From Octopus bimaculoides (Eukaryota): DNA of 41,638 nt. The DNA lies in the NCBI RefSeq assembly GCF_001194135.2, contig NC_068997.1, positions 23,987,524 to 24,029,161 on the forward strand, in the 5' to 3' direction. The notes under the pieces are model-generated. The model was not told the origin of the DNA. It saw only the letters and a list, made by a program, of their open reading frames with translations, and ran no database searches. Both the position numbers and the translations under genes were made by a program. Shown piece by piece: positions 1 through 11,439 of the stretch (the stretch's first letter is position 1; the number at the start of each line of letters is the position of its first letter).

Positions 1-29
1 TATTATTATTGTCATTATTATTATTATTA

Positions 30-64
<35 letters not shown>

Positions 65-67
65 GAT
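1..67. repeat. (TTA)n microsatellite, truncated by the window edge
   Basis: Direct: near-perfect TTA/ATT repeats. Confidence 0.95.
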
Positions 68-243
68 ATGTTCTTGTTATTGTTGGAGAGAACAGACATC
101 TTGACTTGGACGTTTTTGGTGTTAAGGAAAGGCTGGGCTCTTATTCTTTTTATCTCAAAGCCGTGTTCACACGCTCAGCTGCATTCGTCCGAACACCAAA
201 CACTCTTATTTTCTTTTAAGTGGGAGTGCTACTTATTTATCAA

Positions 244-258
244 CTACACACACACACA

Positions 259-297
<39 letters not shown>

Positions 298-532
298 TCT
301 CACACTCGCACACGCACACACATACTCCAAACATACCCTTAGACACCCATTCACGTATGCATATCTATATGCATTGGTGTATATACTTATACGTTTATAT
401 ACGCATATATATATGGATGTATATATATATATATATGGATGTAGACATATATACAAGTATGTATGTGCACATGTATACACACATATATATATATACATCT
501 ATATCTATATATACATATGTAAGTGTATATGT

Positions 533-564
<32 letters not shown>

Positions 565-728
565 GCATACGATATATATATATATGTATGTATGAATTTG
601 TGTATCGCGCTTTCCTTTAAAACACATATATAAATGCATATGTATGTATATATATGTATATATGATATATATATATGTATATATATATTGTGTATATATA
701 TGTATATATATATGCATATATATATATG

Positions 729-800
<72 letters not shown>

Positions 801-1020
801 CATGCGTGTGTATATGTTTATATGTATGTAAGTATGAATGCGTATATTTATATATATGTATATATAATGTTCTCACATGTAAATATTAGGCAGGCGCAAA
901 CTCGAATATATGTGTATTTTGCCTATATACAACGGTACACAGACATATATGACTCACACACACACACACACACACTACGCACATACACACACACAGACAC
1001 ACAAACACATACTTACAACA
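244..1020. repeat. Compound (CA)n / (TA)n / (TATG)-type low-complexity tract
   Basis: Direct: (CA)n at 244-297, degenerate (TA)n at about 355-880, (CA)n at about 950-1010. Explains all YI/HT-rich ORFs here. Confidence 0.95.
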
Positions 1021-1533
1021 ACATGGACACATACATATAACCTCAGTCATACACTCATAGACATTCTCTGATTTTTCTCAGGCATTACATTCGTTACATT
1101 TGACCTCATTTGTTGAAACACTTGGTTACTTTCGAAACATTTTCCCATATATATCTCGTCAAACTTTAATCACAATTAAAATAAGATAATGGAAAATGAA
1201 ATAAATAAAATTATTTAAAAAACAATAAAATGAAATATGAATTCTAAATCATGTGACTGTGTTTCTTCGCTTATACTCATCGTTGAACTTTGACCGTTAT
1301 GGCTAACACCACAAGCAGGACACCAGTTTTTTTGTTTTGTTTTTGTGACTTATATCGTTATTACTCATTTCCCGTTATCTTGTTTTGTCGATCTCTTTGT
1401 TACTGTGTTTGTATTTGTGTGACTTTTGTTTTTGGACACATTCGTAGCGTAGTGGTTCGTTACGTCTTGATGGCAATTCGGGGATCAAATCTTATACAGG
1501 TTTCATTTACTATAAGCTCGTTGTTCACATATA

Positions 1534-1707
1534 CAGTGACGTAGCTACAATGTGTGCCACTCGGAGTGACCCTTGAGTTTACTGACCCTCTCCCGAGACC
1601 CCCAAGCCTTTACAAGCTTATATTGCACACCAGAAATTGCCGCACCCATAAAAGCGTTGCTTATGGCGGATCAAACCCTACCCCTTATCCCCTTAGCTAC
1701 GCTATTG
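1534..1707. mobile_element. Non-autonomous hAT-type MITE (174 bp)
   Basis: Left end CAGTGACGTAGCTA versus reverse complement of right end CAATAGCGTAGCTA (11/14). 8-bp flanks CACATATA (1526-1533) and CACATGTG (1708-1715) match 6/8. An 8-bp TSD with CAG termini is the established hAT signature. Confidence 0.7.
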
Positions 1708-3059
1708 CACATGTGGCTTGTATACGGAATTTGAGAAATTGTATCATATATTGAAACTAGATCGCTAAGTTTGTTTACAATGAGCATAAACAGAGCTGTT
1801 GCTGATGTAGTTGTTGCTTAGCCTTCATTTCAGTCCTGAGTGGGTAGATGTATAATCAAAAGTTAATCTAATCACACTCAATCCATATCTTCCTTAGCTA
1901 TTGATACCTCACTTAATAGAATGTTTATGAAAATCATCGATGAAATCTATTTACGTTTATATTTGTTCAAAATTAAACTTAAATCAGGTTATTGCTGTTC
2001 ACGTCTAAGTAAAAGGAAAGAGCTTTGTATCTATATCAATGTACTTGGCGGTTTCATTCCGATTATATAAACAGTGAAATCGACGAGATCCCATAACTTT
2101 TCGTGTACCAAATTTCACTGACACGAACTGATTAGATTTTTGGATCGATCCGGTACTAGACAAGGATTCTGGATTGTTTTCCTTGTTTTTTTCTTTTTTT
2201 AAAATTAATTTTTGAGAGCGGTCGGGTTCATTTTTAGTATTCTCGATTGTCAGAGCAGTCGAATTTATTTCAGATATTCTCATTTAAAAAATCATCTCTG
2301 GCTAATCGTTGAGAGGTCTTTGGTGTTGCCTAGGCGGAAGTTTCCGCACTCTGAGTGCTCTGGTTTAAGGTATTTCTTTACAAACGAAGTCATAGATTGT
2401 TTCAGAGAAGATCTTTACTGCAATCGCCAATATGTGGTGCGTCCACATACGATTCCTAGTGCCGATAATCTACTGCATTACAGAATACATAAGTGTATAT
2501 GGACGTATGTACATTTTTAAGAAAAAATAATCACATTATATCTAAACTCAGAAACATTACCTATACTTTTTAAATTTAAGTCTACACTAGCCAAATCTTC
2601 TTTCCGATATTTACGTTCCTTCTTTGGCCATCATGCTGATGAATTACCCTTAGTGACTTTCATAAGAAGTGCTACGTGGTGAATATCTGATTTGTAAGTG
2701 TGTGACTGATAACTGAAGTAAGCATGGAGTCAAATGGTATCGATTATTCCGTCCAGAAGCTTCTAGAAGCTTCACACAATTTAACATCAGATGAAACAAT
2801 GAGAAGTTTCCAATATGTGGTTATTCGGCCTGCAAGAAAGAGCAGTAAATTCTCTTTCAAATTGTACTCTACTGTCTTATGTAACAAAAGTATCCCCACT
2901 GCCCAAACCGCAAAGATTGTTATACCTATAAAACGTACGGTCATGTTTACTGGACATTTTAGTCTTATGACTATTGAAGACTAGACGAGACATGAATACA
3001 AAGAAAATTGTTACCGCCATCAACACTACCAAGTCGAGTCACGAAGGAGATATTTAGTG

Positions 3060-3300
3060 GCCAGCTAGCACTGCTAGAAACAGCGAACAAATCTTTCTGA
3101 AATCAAAGCTCCGCTTCATCTTCTTTAAAAGAGAAGGAACATATTGTACATATAGTCCTAGATATACGTTAGCAAGGTATTTGAGAAAAGAGACGGGATG
3201 GTTACGGCTGGAACATCTATGATCTGGTGAATCCGACGTGTTCCTCTATTTAATAGCAGCAGCAGCAGCAGCAATAAGCACAACAATAACAACAACAGCA
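3060..3300 (+). mobile_element. Interspersed repeat family D (probable non-LTR 3' end or SINE with (CAG/CAA)n tail)
   Basis: 3073-3106 is similar to the reverse complement of about 38178-38212. 3206-3224 matches the reverse complement of 3730-3748 (17/19). Ends in a CAG/CAA tract. Class assignment is inference. Confidence 0.6.
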
Positions 3301-3399
3301 AGAATAATATAAATGCAGTTGATTCGAATTCGTGAACCGTTCGTTGGTAGTTCAAAACCATATTCATTCACGCTTTTGGAAAATGTTCTAACCGTGTCC

Positions 3400-3535
3400 G
3401 CCACCGCTGCCGCCGCTGCCGCCGCCGCCGACAATGTCGCCGCCACAGCTGCCACCGTCACCGTCATTGCCACCGTTGCCACTTCACCCCATCTGCCCCG
3501 TCACCACCATCATCAACACCATCACTATCCCATGC
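3400..3535. repeat. Compound (GCC)n/(CCA)n/(CAT)n trinucleotide tract
   Basis: Direct: gccgccgctgccgccgccgccg ... caccaccatcatcaacaccatcac. Confidence 0.85.
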
Positions 3536-3569
3536 CTTCTTAGATTTACGACTTCAAACATATGGTTCC

Positions 3570-3830
3570 CATTTTGAAGACGGTGAGGTGTGGTGTGAGA
3601 TGCGATTAGTGGATGTTTGCCTGCTACCATTGATCACGATGAATGATCATATAGAAGTGTCTTCCTTATTTCTTATTGTGGTTGGTTTTATTATTTAGCC
3701 CCAGGTCAGCCCTGATCATGTACACTTATGATCATAGACATTCCAGCCTTGTTGTTATTGTTAGTCCCAAGTCATCCTTGATCGAACAGTTCTATGATCA
3801 AAAGCGTTCCAGACGTGGCTGTGCTTTTTT
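3570..3830 (-). mobile_element. Family D fragments: internal piece 3570-3665 and two tandem 3'-end copies (about 3700-3750 and 3760-3830)
   Basis: Tandem motif tttagccccaggtcagccctgatc...atgatcatagacattccagcc / ttagtcccaagtcatccttgatc...atgatcaaaagcgttccagac; the same motif recurs at about 38030-38080. Confidence 0.6.
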
Positions 3831-3994
3831 ATTCTGTCTTTCTCTGAGTGTCTCTCTTCTTTTCACAATAAGGACCTACTTGAACTAAACGAGAATAACA
3901 GCATCACTGTCACCATAACAACAAGCTCCTATCAATACGATTCCACAAATAAAGCAAAGCTATGTGGTCACTGGATTTGCTGCAAATTGATATG

Positions 3995-4150
3995 ATTTAA
4001 AGTTTTAGCTGCTAATAAAGATATTGACTTTGCCTTTTACCTTTCCGAGTTCGATAAATTCAGTACCAGGTCGATAGTGTACAGTGATCGATATTAATTA
4101 TACACTCCCATCAAAAATTATGGCCATGTTTATATCTTAAAAACCAATAT
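3995..4150 (+). mobile_element. SINE family A, degenerate 3' portion
   Basis: gactttgccttttacctttccgagttcgataaattcagtaccag matches the core seen in reverse at 7818-7851 and within 8742-8961. Confidence 0.5.
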
Positions 4151-4474
4151 CTCAGTAGCATTCTCTACTTTAGTTGTCCAGATGGTGTTATTATGTGGAA
4201 CTGTTTGAAACGGAATGCAGCAACGAGTCTACCACCGGTATTCGAAACATTTAACTATCGTATATCTTATCGGTTGCCTAGAGGTCGATGTAGACTACAG
4301 CCTAAGAGATTCGATGGAACTGTAAGACGGAGGAATAAGGATACAGTTCATAGTTTGTCGGTCAACAGCTAGCTGGATAAAATTTTGGCTGTCTTCACAG
4401 TTAGGAAACACGTGACTTGAAATAGTTTAAAATCTAAATATTATAATCATATGTATTAAAAAATGACTTTATGA

Positions 4475-4903
4475 GGTGGGGTAAAATACCATAAAGAACG
4501 GCTCTTCCGACTTATGAAGACATCACACAAAATAGCTGGGAACAATTTTATAATTTGGCCATATCGCTGCATCACAAAGGCGCAGACGTAACAGGGAACG
4601 CTTTCGTAGTTTGGAAGTCCTTTATGCCATGAAGACAGAAACGTAGCGGAGAATATTTTCATAACTGAACAGCCTCCCTTGCATGGTAAAGGAACGGATG
4701 TCGTTGGAAACATTTATTCATAATTTAGCATCTTTTGATTGCCATCAAAGCACAGATGTAACAAGGAAACAGTTTCACAATACGGCATTGCGGGAAACAT
4801 TTTTATAATTTAGCATCATTCCCGCCCTATAACGACACGGTCGTACCTGGGAACATATTTGCAATTTGACAACTCTCCCCCGTTTTGAGGTCAAAGCAAA
4901 AGC
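4475..4903. repeat. Degenerate minisatellite, unit about 55-58 bp, about 7 copies
   Basis: Motif GTARCNGGRAACATTTTCATAATTTRGCA...AAAGCACAGAY recurs at about 56-bp spacing (e.g. tgggaacaattttataatttggcc; tggaaacatttattcataatttagcatc; cgggaaacatttttataatttagcatc; tgggaacatatttgcaatttgac). Confidence 0.65.
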
Positions 4904-5344
4904 AATAAGCCTTAATTTTGCCTTGTTTTTTTTTTTTGTTTTTTTTTTCACAACTTAGCGTTTCCGAATCGTGAATGCAAGCAAAACACAAAAATAACAC
5001 ATTTCGTAAATTCATCTATTGAAATCCGAGTTTACAGTAGATTTTTACTGAGTGTATTACTGAAAAATAGCTATGTGTGTCGGGATGTGGTGGAGGTTGA
5101 ATGAAGGCCCTGTAATAATGTGATGGAGGTCGGCACATTCCAACGTTAGACGTTCCTAGTTTAGCCGGATGACTGCTTTTCTTATAATATCAAGTGGCTG
5201 TCATTGTTTTCACTATCTTATCTCCATAAGAGATTATAATTCATAACTCTTATAGTTGCTCAAGTGGCTAATAATTATTTAAGGGATAAGAGATTATGGA
5301 ACAGCTGTGGAAATTGCCTACTGCTGCGGGTAGTGGTGATGGTG

Positions 5345-5418
5345 GTTGTGCTACTACTACTAATACTACTACGACAAGGACAACAACAAAGATAACAACA
5401 CCAACAACAACAACAATA

Positions 5419-5479
<61 letters not shown>

Positions 5480-5547
5480 AATATTATTATTATTATTGTT
5501 GTCGTTGTTATTATTATTATTATTACTATTATTATTATTATTATTAT
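5345..5547. repeat. Compound (CTA)/(CAA)/(TTA)n microsatellite
   Basis: Direct. Confidence 0.95.
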
Positions 5548-6078
5548 AGAAGTGTTAACATGTACGTGATTTCTCTTGGTGTAAGATGTGGGCTAGAGCA
5601 AATATTCTGTTCAAAGCTGCAGACTTGCTTGTCCGTTGTTTGGTCTTAACCAGTTGAGCATGTCGTATAGTGGCTGATGACATGTACGTTTTCTGATAAC
5701 GGACAGGAGTAGTGAGGATGGTGGGGGGGGGGCAGCATAACCATGAGTTGAGGGGTATTATTTGGGACTTGAACATTTCACTCTTGGAAACATGGGTATA
5801 TCGTTCATAATCCTTGAACAACCCTTATTTAGGAACCACTTCAGCGGGATGAGCTGACCAAATTTCATCTGGGATGAACTGATCAAAATCTTTCCTGGGC
5901 GTCACCTGCAAAGTCATGCGATATTCATCATAAATATGAGGTCTCCATGTCGCGCATATATGGTTGTATGGTAGTGCTTGGTGTACTCCTATCAGACGGT
6001 TAGTAATGGTGGGCATATTGGGCTGCGTTTGTTTGTACTTCAGCGTTACTTTGATGGCGTGTGCTGCTCTCTGTTTAG
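5548..6078 (+). mobile_element. Interspersed repeat family E, long copy (unclassified, (TAA)n-associated)
   Basis: 5581-5716 and 5981-6078 align with 37061-37193 and 37194-37288; both copies run directly into CTA/TAA arrays at the 3' end. Confidence 0.7.
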
Positions 6079-6105
6079 TTACTACTACTACTACTACTAC
6101 TACTG

Positions 6106-6155
<50 letters not shown>

Positions 6156-6308
6156 GCTACTACTACTACTACTACTACTAATAATAATAATAATAATAAG
6201 AAGAAGAAGAAGAAGAAAAAGAAGAAAAAGAAGAAGAAAATGAAGAAGAAGAAGAACAACAACAAGATAGATAATTATGATAGTAATAATAATAATAATA
6301 ATAATCAT

Positions 6309-6342
<34 letters not shown>

Positions 6343-6410
6343 TTAATAATAATAATAATGAGGATGGAGATGAAGATGATGATGATGGTACTAATGTAAT
6401 ACTACTTTTG

Positions 6411-6460
<50 letters not shown>
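6079..6460. repeat. Compound trinucleotide array (CTA)(TAA)(GAA)(CAA)(TAA)(GAT)(CTA)
   Basis: Direct; source of the poly-T/N/K/L ORF 5964-6536. Confidence 0.95.
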
Positions 6461-6461
<1 letters not shown>

Positions 6462-7817
6462 AACCAACATTCTGAACAAAGAACGACTCTCAACTCCCTT
6501 GAAAAAGAACCGAAAAAAAAAAAATTAAAAAAATAAATACCAGAATCACACGTAGGGAACGTTTCATCGTCGACCCTTATTTTTAAATATCATATCATTG
6601 CGAAAAGAAAAAACAAACAAATGAAACCTTAAAAATAAACAAAACATAGTATAAGACAAAAGAAAAAAAATAATAATAAAACAAACCCCGATGAGAATAG
6701 AGTGAAGCTGTAATGGCGTTTCTTAACAGGAAATCACTTCCTGTGTTCCTGTTTGCCACTATAATACTTTTCCTATCAGTAAAAGACAGCCAAGAGGATT
6801 TCGGTTAACATAACCGTTGATCTCTGGCAATATTGACTATCTATTTTCTTCTCTTCTCTTCTCTTCTATTCTACGGTCTCTCATTTTCTCGGTGTATGTA
6901 TGTATGTATGTATGTATTCGGGTGTGTGTGTGTGCCTGTGTGTGCGAGTGTGTTTGTAACAAATAAACAAATATATAAATAAATAAAAATATTATGCGAT
7001 GGAGATGATATGCGCTTAGACAACAAGATCTTCGAAAACGAAACCCAATAAACTGAATATGACGGAGATCTAGAGATGACAGTTTGCCAGGGCAAAGTTC
7101 ATGAACAAAGTTTCAGGCTATTGTTGGTCTTATATTATCACTTCAATAATATAACATAATATAACATAACATAATATACAAACTACAGTCAGTAGTAAGG
7201 AAGGTAAAACTTAACAAGTTACAGTGTGGAAATTTCAGGAAGATTCAACGAACAGATAGGCGACCAAAGCAAAGTTTCACAGACGTTTAGATGTGATGCC
7301 AGGTTTGATGAAAAGAAAAGAGAGAGACTAAAAGGAAGACGCATAGCGACAGTTGGCCGGATGAATTCTCAGGTTAGATGGGTAACTTTAAGCATATAAT
7401 GCTATCTACGTATGTATCAGCATATATANNNNNNNNNNNNNNNNNNNNNNNNNNNNNNNNNNNNNNNNNNNNNNNNNNNNNNNNNNNNNNNNNNNNNNNN
7501 NNNNNNNNNNNNNNNNNNNNNNNNNNNNNNNNNNNNNNNNNNNNNNNNNNNNNNNNNNNNNNNNNNNNNNNNNNNNNNNNNNNNNNNNNNNNNNNNNNNN
7601 NNTATATATATATATATATATATATATGTATGCATGTATGTATCTATACACATGCATACACACGCACAAACACACACACACGCACACACACAATTATACG
7701 TACATGCATACAAACGTGCGAATGCATATACACGTATTTCTCCCTTAAGAATAAGGCTTAAGTTTCTGATTGGCCAATGGTGAAGATAAAGTGATTTGAG
7801 ATCAGCACGCTAATGAC

Positions 7818-7866
7818 ACTTATTTTATCGACCCCGAAAGGATGAAAGGCGAATAGGTTTGACCTT
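7818..7866 (-). mobile_element. SINE family A core fragment
   Basis: acttattttatcgaccccgaaaggatgaaaggc shares ttattttatcgaccccgaaag exactly with the 8742-8961 copy. Confidence 0.65.
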
Positions 7867-8741
7867 AGAAAACCACGTGACACAAAATCAGACCCTGCAA
7901 AGAAACTAAACCCTTTATATAATATATCAGTTATCTCATTGATATGTGTGTGCGTATGCGTGTTCGTGTGTGTGTGTGTAAGCATTGATTTGCTAACTTA
8001 AATACTATATATGTATATTGAGTTACTTTACGGTATGAGAGAGCGCGTGTAACGAAGTGGATAAGAAGTGGTTTTCTATCGTAGAGGTCATCATTTTGTA
8101 TTGTCATCAGCACTAAGATGTATAGTAGAGAGCAAACATTAATATCCAGTGGCGCTGAGTGGAAACGGTCTCAAGGACGTAAGCAACGGCAGCAATGTTA
8201 AATATCCATGTGACTCGCTAGCTTCAAATGTTGGGATTGAGTGACTTATCTAGGACCTGGAGAAGGCAACGGGAAAAACGGGGAGAACGAATCTTCATTA
8301 GTGCCCTTTAGTGTCAATTATCAGAGTTTCGTTTCCCTCTCATGGTCTAGTATTTTGTATCAGCAAACAGGGAATAATTTAGATGTTTTCTTTGTCATAC
8401 GACAACTTAAGCAATAATAACTCTTTCTACTAAAGCAATAATAATAAAGTCTAATTTAATCACAATGCTATACTCAATCCACGTACACGACTGGTATTTA
8501 ATTTTATCGTGCTAGCAAAGGATAAAAAAAAATGGCTGAAATGAGCTCCATTGGATTTCAAATATAAAGGGATGCAATTATGTACAAGATCTTCTGACCA
8601 GCTCTCTACCGATCATCCTAGAAAAACATAGGGATCGAAGCCAACCGTGCACCAGTCATTCTTGGTTTTCTCCCCAAGCTTAAAGCGGATATACCTTATA
8701 AGGACTATATCTGCTTGAATTAAAATACTTCTATATATATT

Positions 8742-8961
8742 GGTTTCAAATTTTGGTGTAAGGGTTATATCGAATACATCGTCTTCAGTCCGCAACTGGT
8801 CCTTTATTTTATCGACCCCGAAAGATCGAAGTGGATAAGAAGTGGTTTTCTATCGTAGAGGTCGCAAAGGCGACCTCGGCGGAATTTGAATGTCAAGTCG
8901 GAAGAAATGCTTCGACGCGTTTCACTCAACGCACTAACGATTTAACATACATCACCGCTTT
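8742..8961 (-). mobile_element. SINE family A, near full length, with a 37-bp templated insertion at 8827-8863
   Basis: Collinear, in reverse, with 21362-21586; B-box-like gaatttgaa near 8882; the insert is identical to 8053-8089. Confidence 0.75.
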
Positions 8962-10986
8962 AAAATACCTCTGTATATTAAAATTACATTGGGTAATGGT
9001 CCATTATCTTACAAGCAAAAGTAAGTCTCGATCTAATTTCATTTAGGAAAGTAAAGAAGGAAATTGAAACCTCAAGATCCTAGGGATCTTTGAGATTTCG
9101 ATTGAAATTGAGTTCTACTCTTTTAAATCATTGGAGTTCATCTATGAGGAAGCACCATCTCTAACTCTTATATCAATTGTATCGACTCCATTACTTCACT
9201 ACTCTATTTTAGCAATCACTAACGTTTGAAAAAACTCATGTGAGCTTTTCATCTTCTTAGCAAATCGTATTAACATGTGCTTTCTTTTAATTATACACAC
9301 ACACGCTACATAAGATTATTGCACTTCGATTTTGATCAATGACACCGCTTGATTGTTCCCTTATATGAACAGCAAGGATGTGGCAGCAATGTGTTACTCA
9401 TGCAGCATGTGTTCATCGAGACTATCAGCTATGCTGACACATGCTTCCATTTCATATTCCGTTTACATGCAAGTTTAACTTGAGTGTGATTTTACGATAC
9501 AATTTAGCAACACTGTTAAAAGTAGATAATGCGGTTAAACCACATATTTTTCTGTCTGTGACCTTAAAAACATTAGATCAACCGGTCTATATACACTATT
9601 TTTTAAAGTAGTCTAAATATTTTACGATATCTTATTTGCTATCCATAAAGGCAGAATAGTTTTTTTTTTTTATAAGCTATTTATAGTATATACAATCTTA
9701 TTTGCATTGTGATTGCTGCGACTTAGCTAGTATAACAGAAATTGGAGCATTTGATTTGATTAACATAATTCAATAAAGGGTTCTTCAAACGTACTCGTAT
9801 GATCCAGCACCTAGTTGCACTTGTTGTATTCAGTGCAAAGGGTGAAATAAACCACGATGGTGAAACGCATGAACAAATGATATAAACGGCATCTTGTGTT
9901 TCTCGCATTCTTCGCACGCACCCCCCCACACACACATTTGGGGAGGATTGTTTTTCTTCTACTGGATTATCTTAAATTCAATGAAACGATGAAAAATCGC
10001 AATCACTTACATCAGTTATTTCTTACGGTTACACATGAAGAGCTATGTGTCCGTAACAAATTTATCGATACAGGGCCAACAAATAATCCTGTAACATATC
10101 CGTTAATATAATAACCTCCTATCAGTTAAATGATTTAAAACATATTATCCTTGTTATAACATTTGTATAACATCATCTTCTAGATATCAATCGTCTAGTT
10201 AATACAGTTGGCTCTTCATCTTCAATAGTATTGCTATTATATTAGATTCAATTATTTATTGATGTCGATAATTCATACAAATATCTGTTCGATATAATTC
10301 TGCTGGGATTATCACAAAAATCTTTAACTATATTATAATAAAACTTGACTGATGACTAGCCAACTAGGGTTGCTTAAACTGTTAAGAATAATAGCCAAAT
10401 GTCTCTCTTTCGAACCACTCCCTATCGTATTTTATTTAAATACAAAGCATTCATAATACACTATTCCTCAATTTCACAAACAAACTTTACATAATGCACT
10501 TCATTAGCTCACAGCTGTTTCTGCTAAGATGCAATGCACTGACATTTCAGTATTTGTATCCCACCCTGTAGCTTTGTCGGAGCTTCAACAATGGAATGCA
10601 ATTTTATTTGGGAAGGCTTTTATATACACTGAAAACATCATCATAAACAACAAAGAGAAACAGCATATGCACGAAATGTAGCATAGAGATCGCAGAGTAA
10701 AACTACTCTCAGAGAACCTGTCTATATACATGCATAAATACATGCATAAATAAATATATAAACACACACACACATATATATAAACGTAGAATGTTTGTGG
10801 TTGAAAATTTGGATCACAGTTTTGTTTTGCTGATCTGAGATTGAACGCCTACCAACAACAGCAACAGTAACAGAGCTAGGGGCTTGACGTTTTTGCAAAT
10901 GTTTAAAATCGATATTGCATCTAACCATTAACGAACACAACAAGAACGAGAGGGAAATAGGGCGAGATTTGTCGAGGCTTTCCGCG

Positions 10987-11107
10987 CTCTGAGTTGAAAT
11001 CTATCAGAGGTCAACTTTGCTTTTCATCGTTTTGGGATCGATAAATAAGGTGCCAGTGCAGAATGGTATACTGGCAGAAGTATTAGAGCGTGGAACGAAA
11101 ACGCTTT
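10987..11107 (+). mobile_element. SINE family A fragments (B-box/core 10987-11055; second head fragment 11071-11107)
   Basis: ctctgagttgaaat...gaggtcaactttgcttttcatc...gatcgataaataa; ctggcagaag resembles the head at 21372. Confidence 0.55.
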
Positions 11108-11147
11108 AGTAATTCTATAATTTCTCCACACTGCTGTTCCGGTCTGT

Positions 11148-11209
11148 TTATTTATCGATCCTAGATGGATGAAAGTTAATGTTGACCTCGACTGCATTTG
11201 AACTCGGAG
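11148..11209 (-). mobile_element. SINE family A fragment, inverted relative to 10987-11048
   Basis: Reverse complement aligns ungapped with 10987-11048 at about 47/62 positions (hand count). Confidence 0.6.
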
Positions 11210-11439
11210 GAATCTGTCGATTCGTCTTCATATTGACGATTGAAAATTCATAATGTCATTGGTTTTATATTAGTTTGACTGTAAACTAATAATCAATCAT
11301 TTATATAATTTGGTTGATCAATGTAATTGTCATTTTATTGAACAACTACGAATATGGTGTGCTCCACTACATTTCATCCAATACCTTAACAACAGCCATA
11401 TCACGCCTTAAAAGATACGTTAGGCAACGTTGCACTTAA

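Noticed and set aside
68-1040. Overlapping ORFs of up to 175 aa rich in YI/HT/CV
   Set aside because: Translations of (TA)n/(CA)n tracts, which lack stop codons; no protein features.
2212-2984. ORFs 2212-2520 (+), 2724-2984 (+) and 2744-2944 (-, hydrophobic)
   Set aside because: No recognisable domain; splice signals can be drawn on both strands with conflicting frames; compatible with chance.
3313-3543. Poly-Ala/poly-His ORF resembling a transcription-factor low-complexity region
   Set aside because: Made of compound GCC/CCA/CAT microsatellite wedged between family D fragments; no flanking domain.
4475-4903. Regularly spaced repeat that might suggest a CRISPR array
   Set aside because: Units are diverged along their whole length, there is no invariant repeat/unique spacer pattern or cas gene, and the context is eukaryotic.
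5964-6536. 190-aa ORF
   Set aside because: Starts inside repeat E; the remainder is triplet microsatellite.
10011-10089. Minus-strand segment with GTAAGT donor reading GLFVGPVSINLLRTH (faint MFS/MCT resemblance)
   Set aside because: All three frames hit a stop before the donor.
10515-10630. Minus-strand segment with a strong acceptor and GTGAGC donor
   Set aside because: Stops in all three frames.
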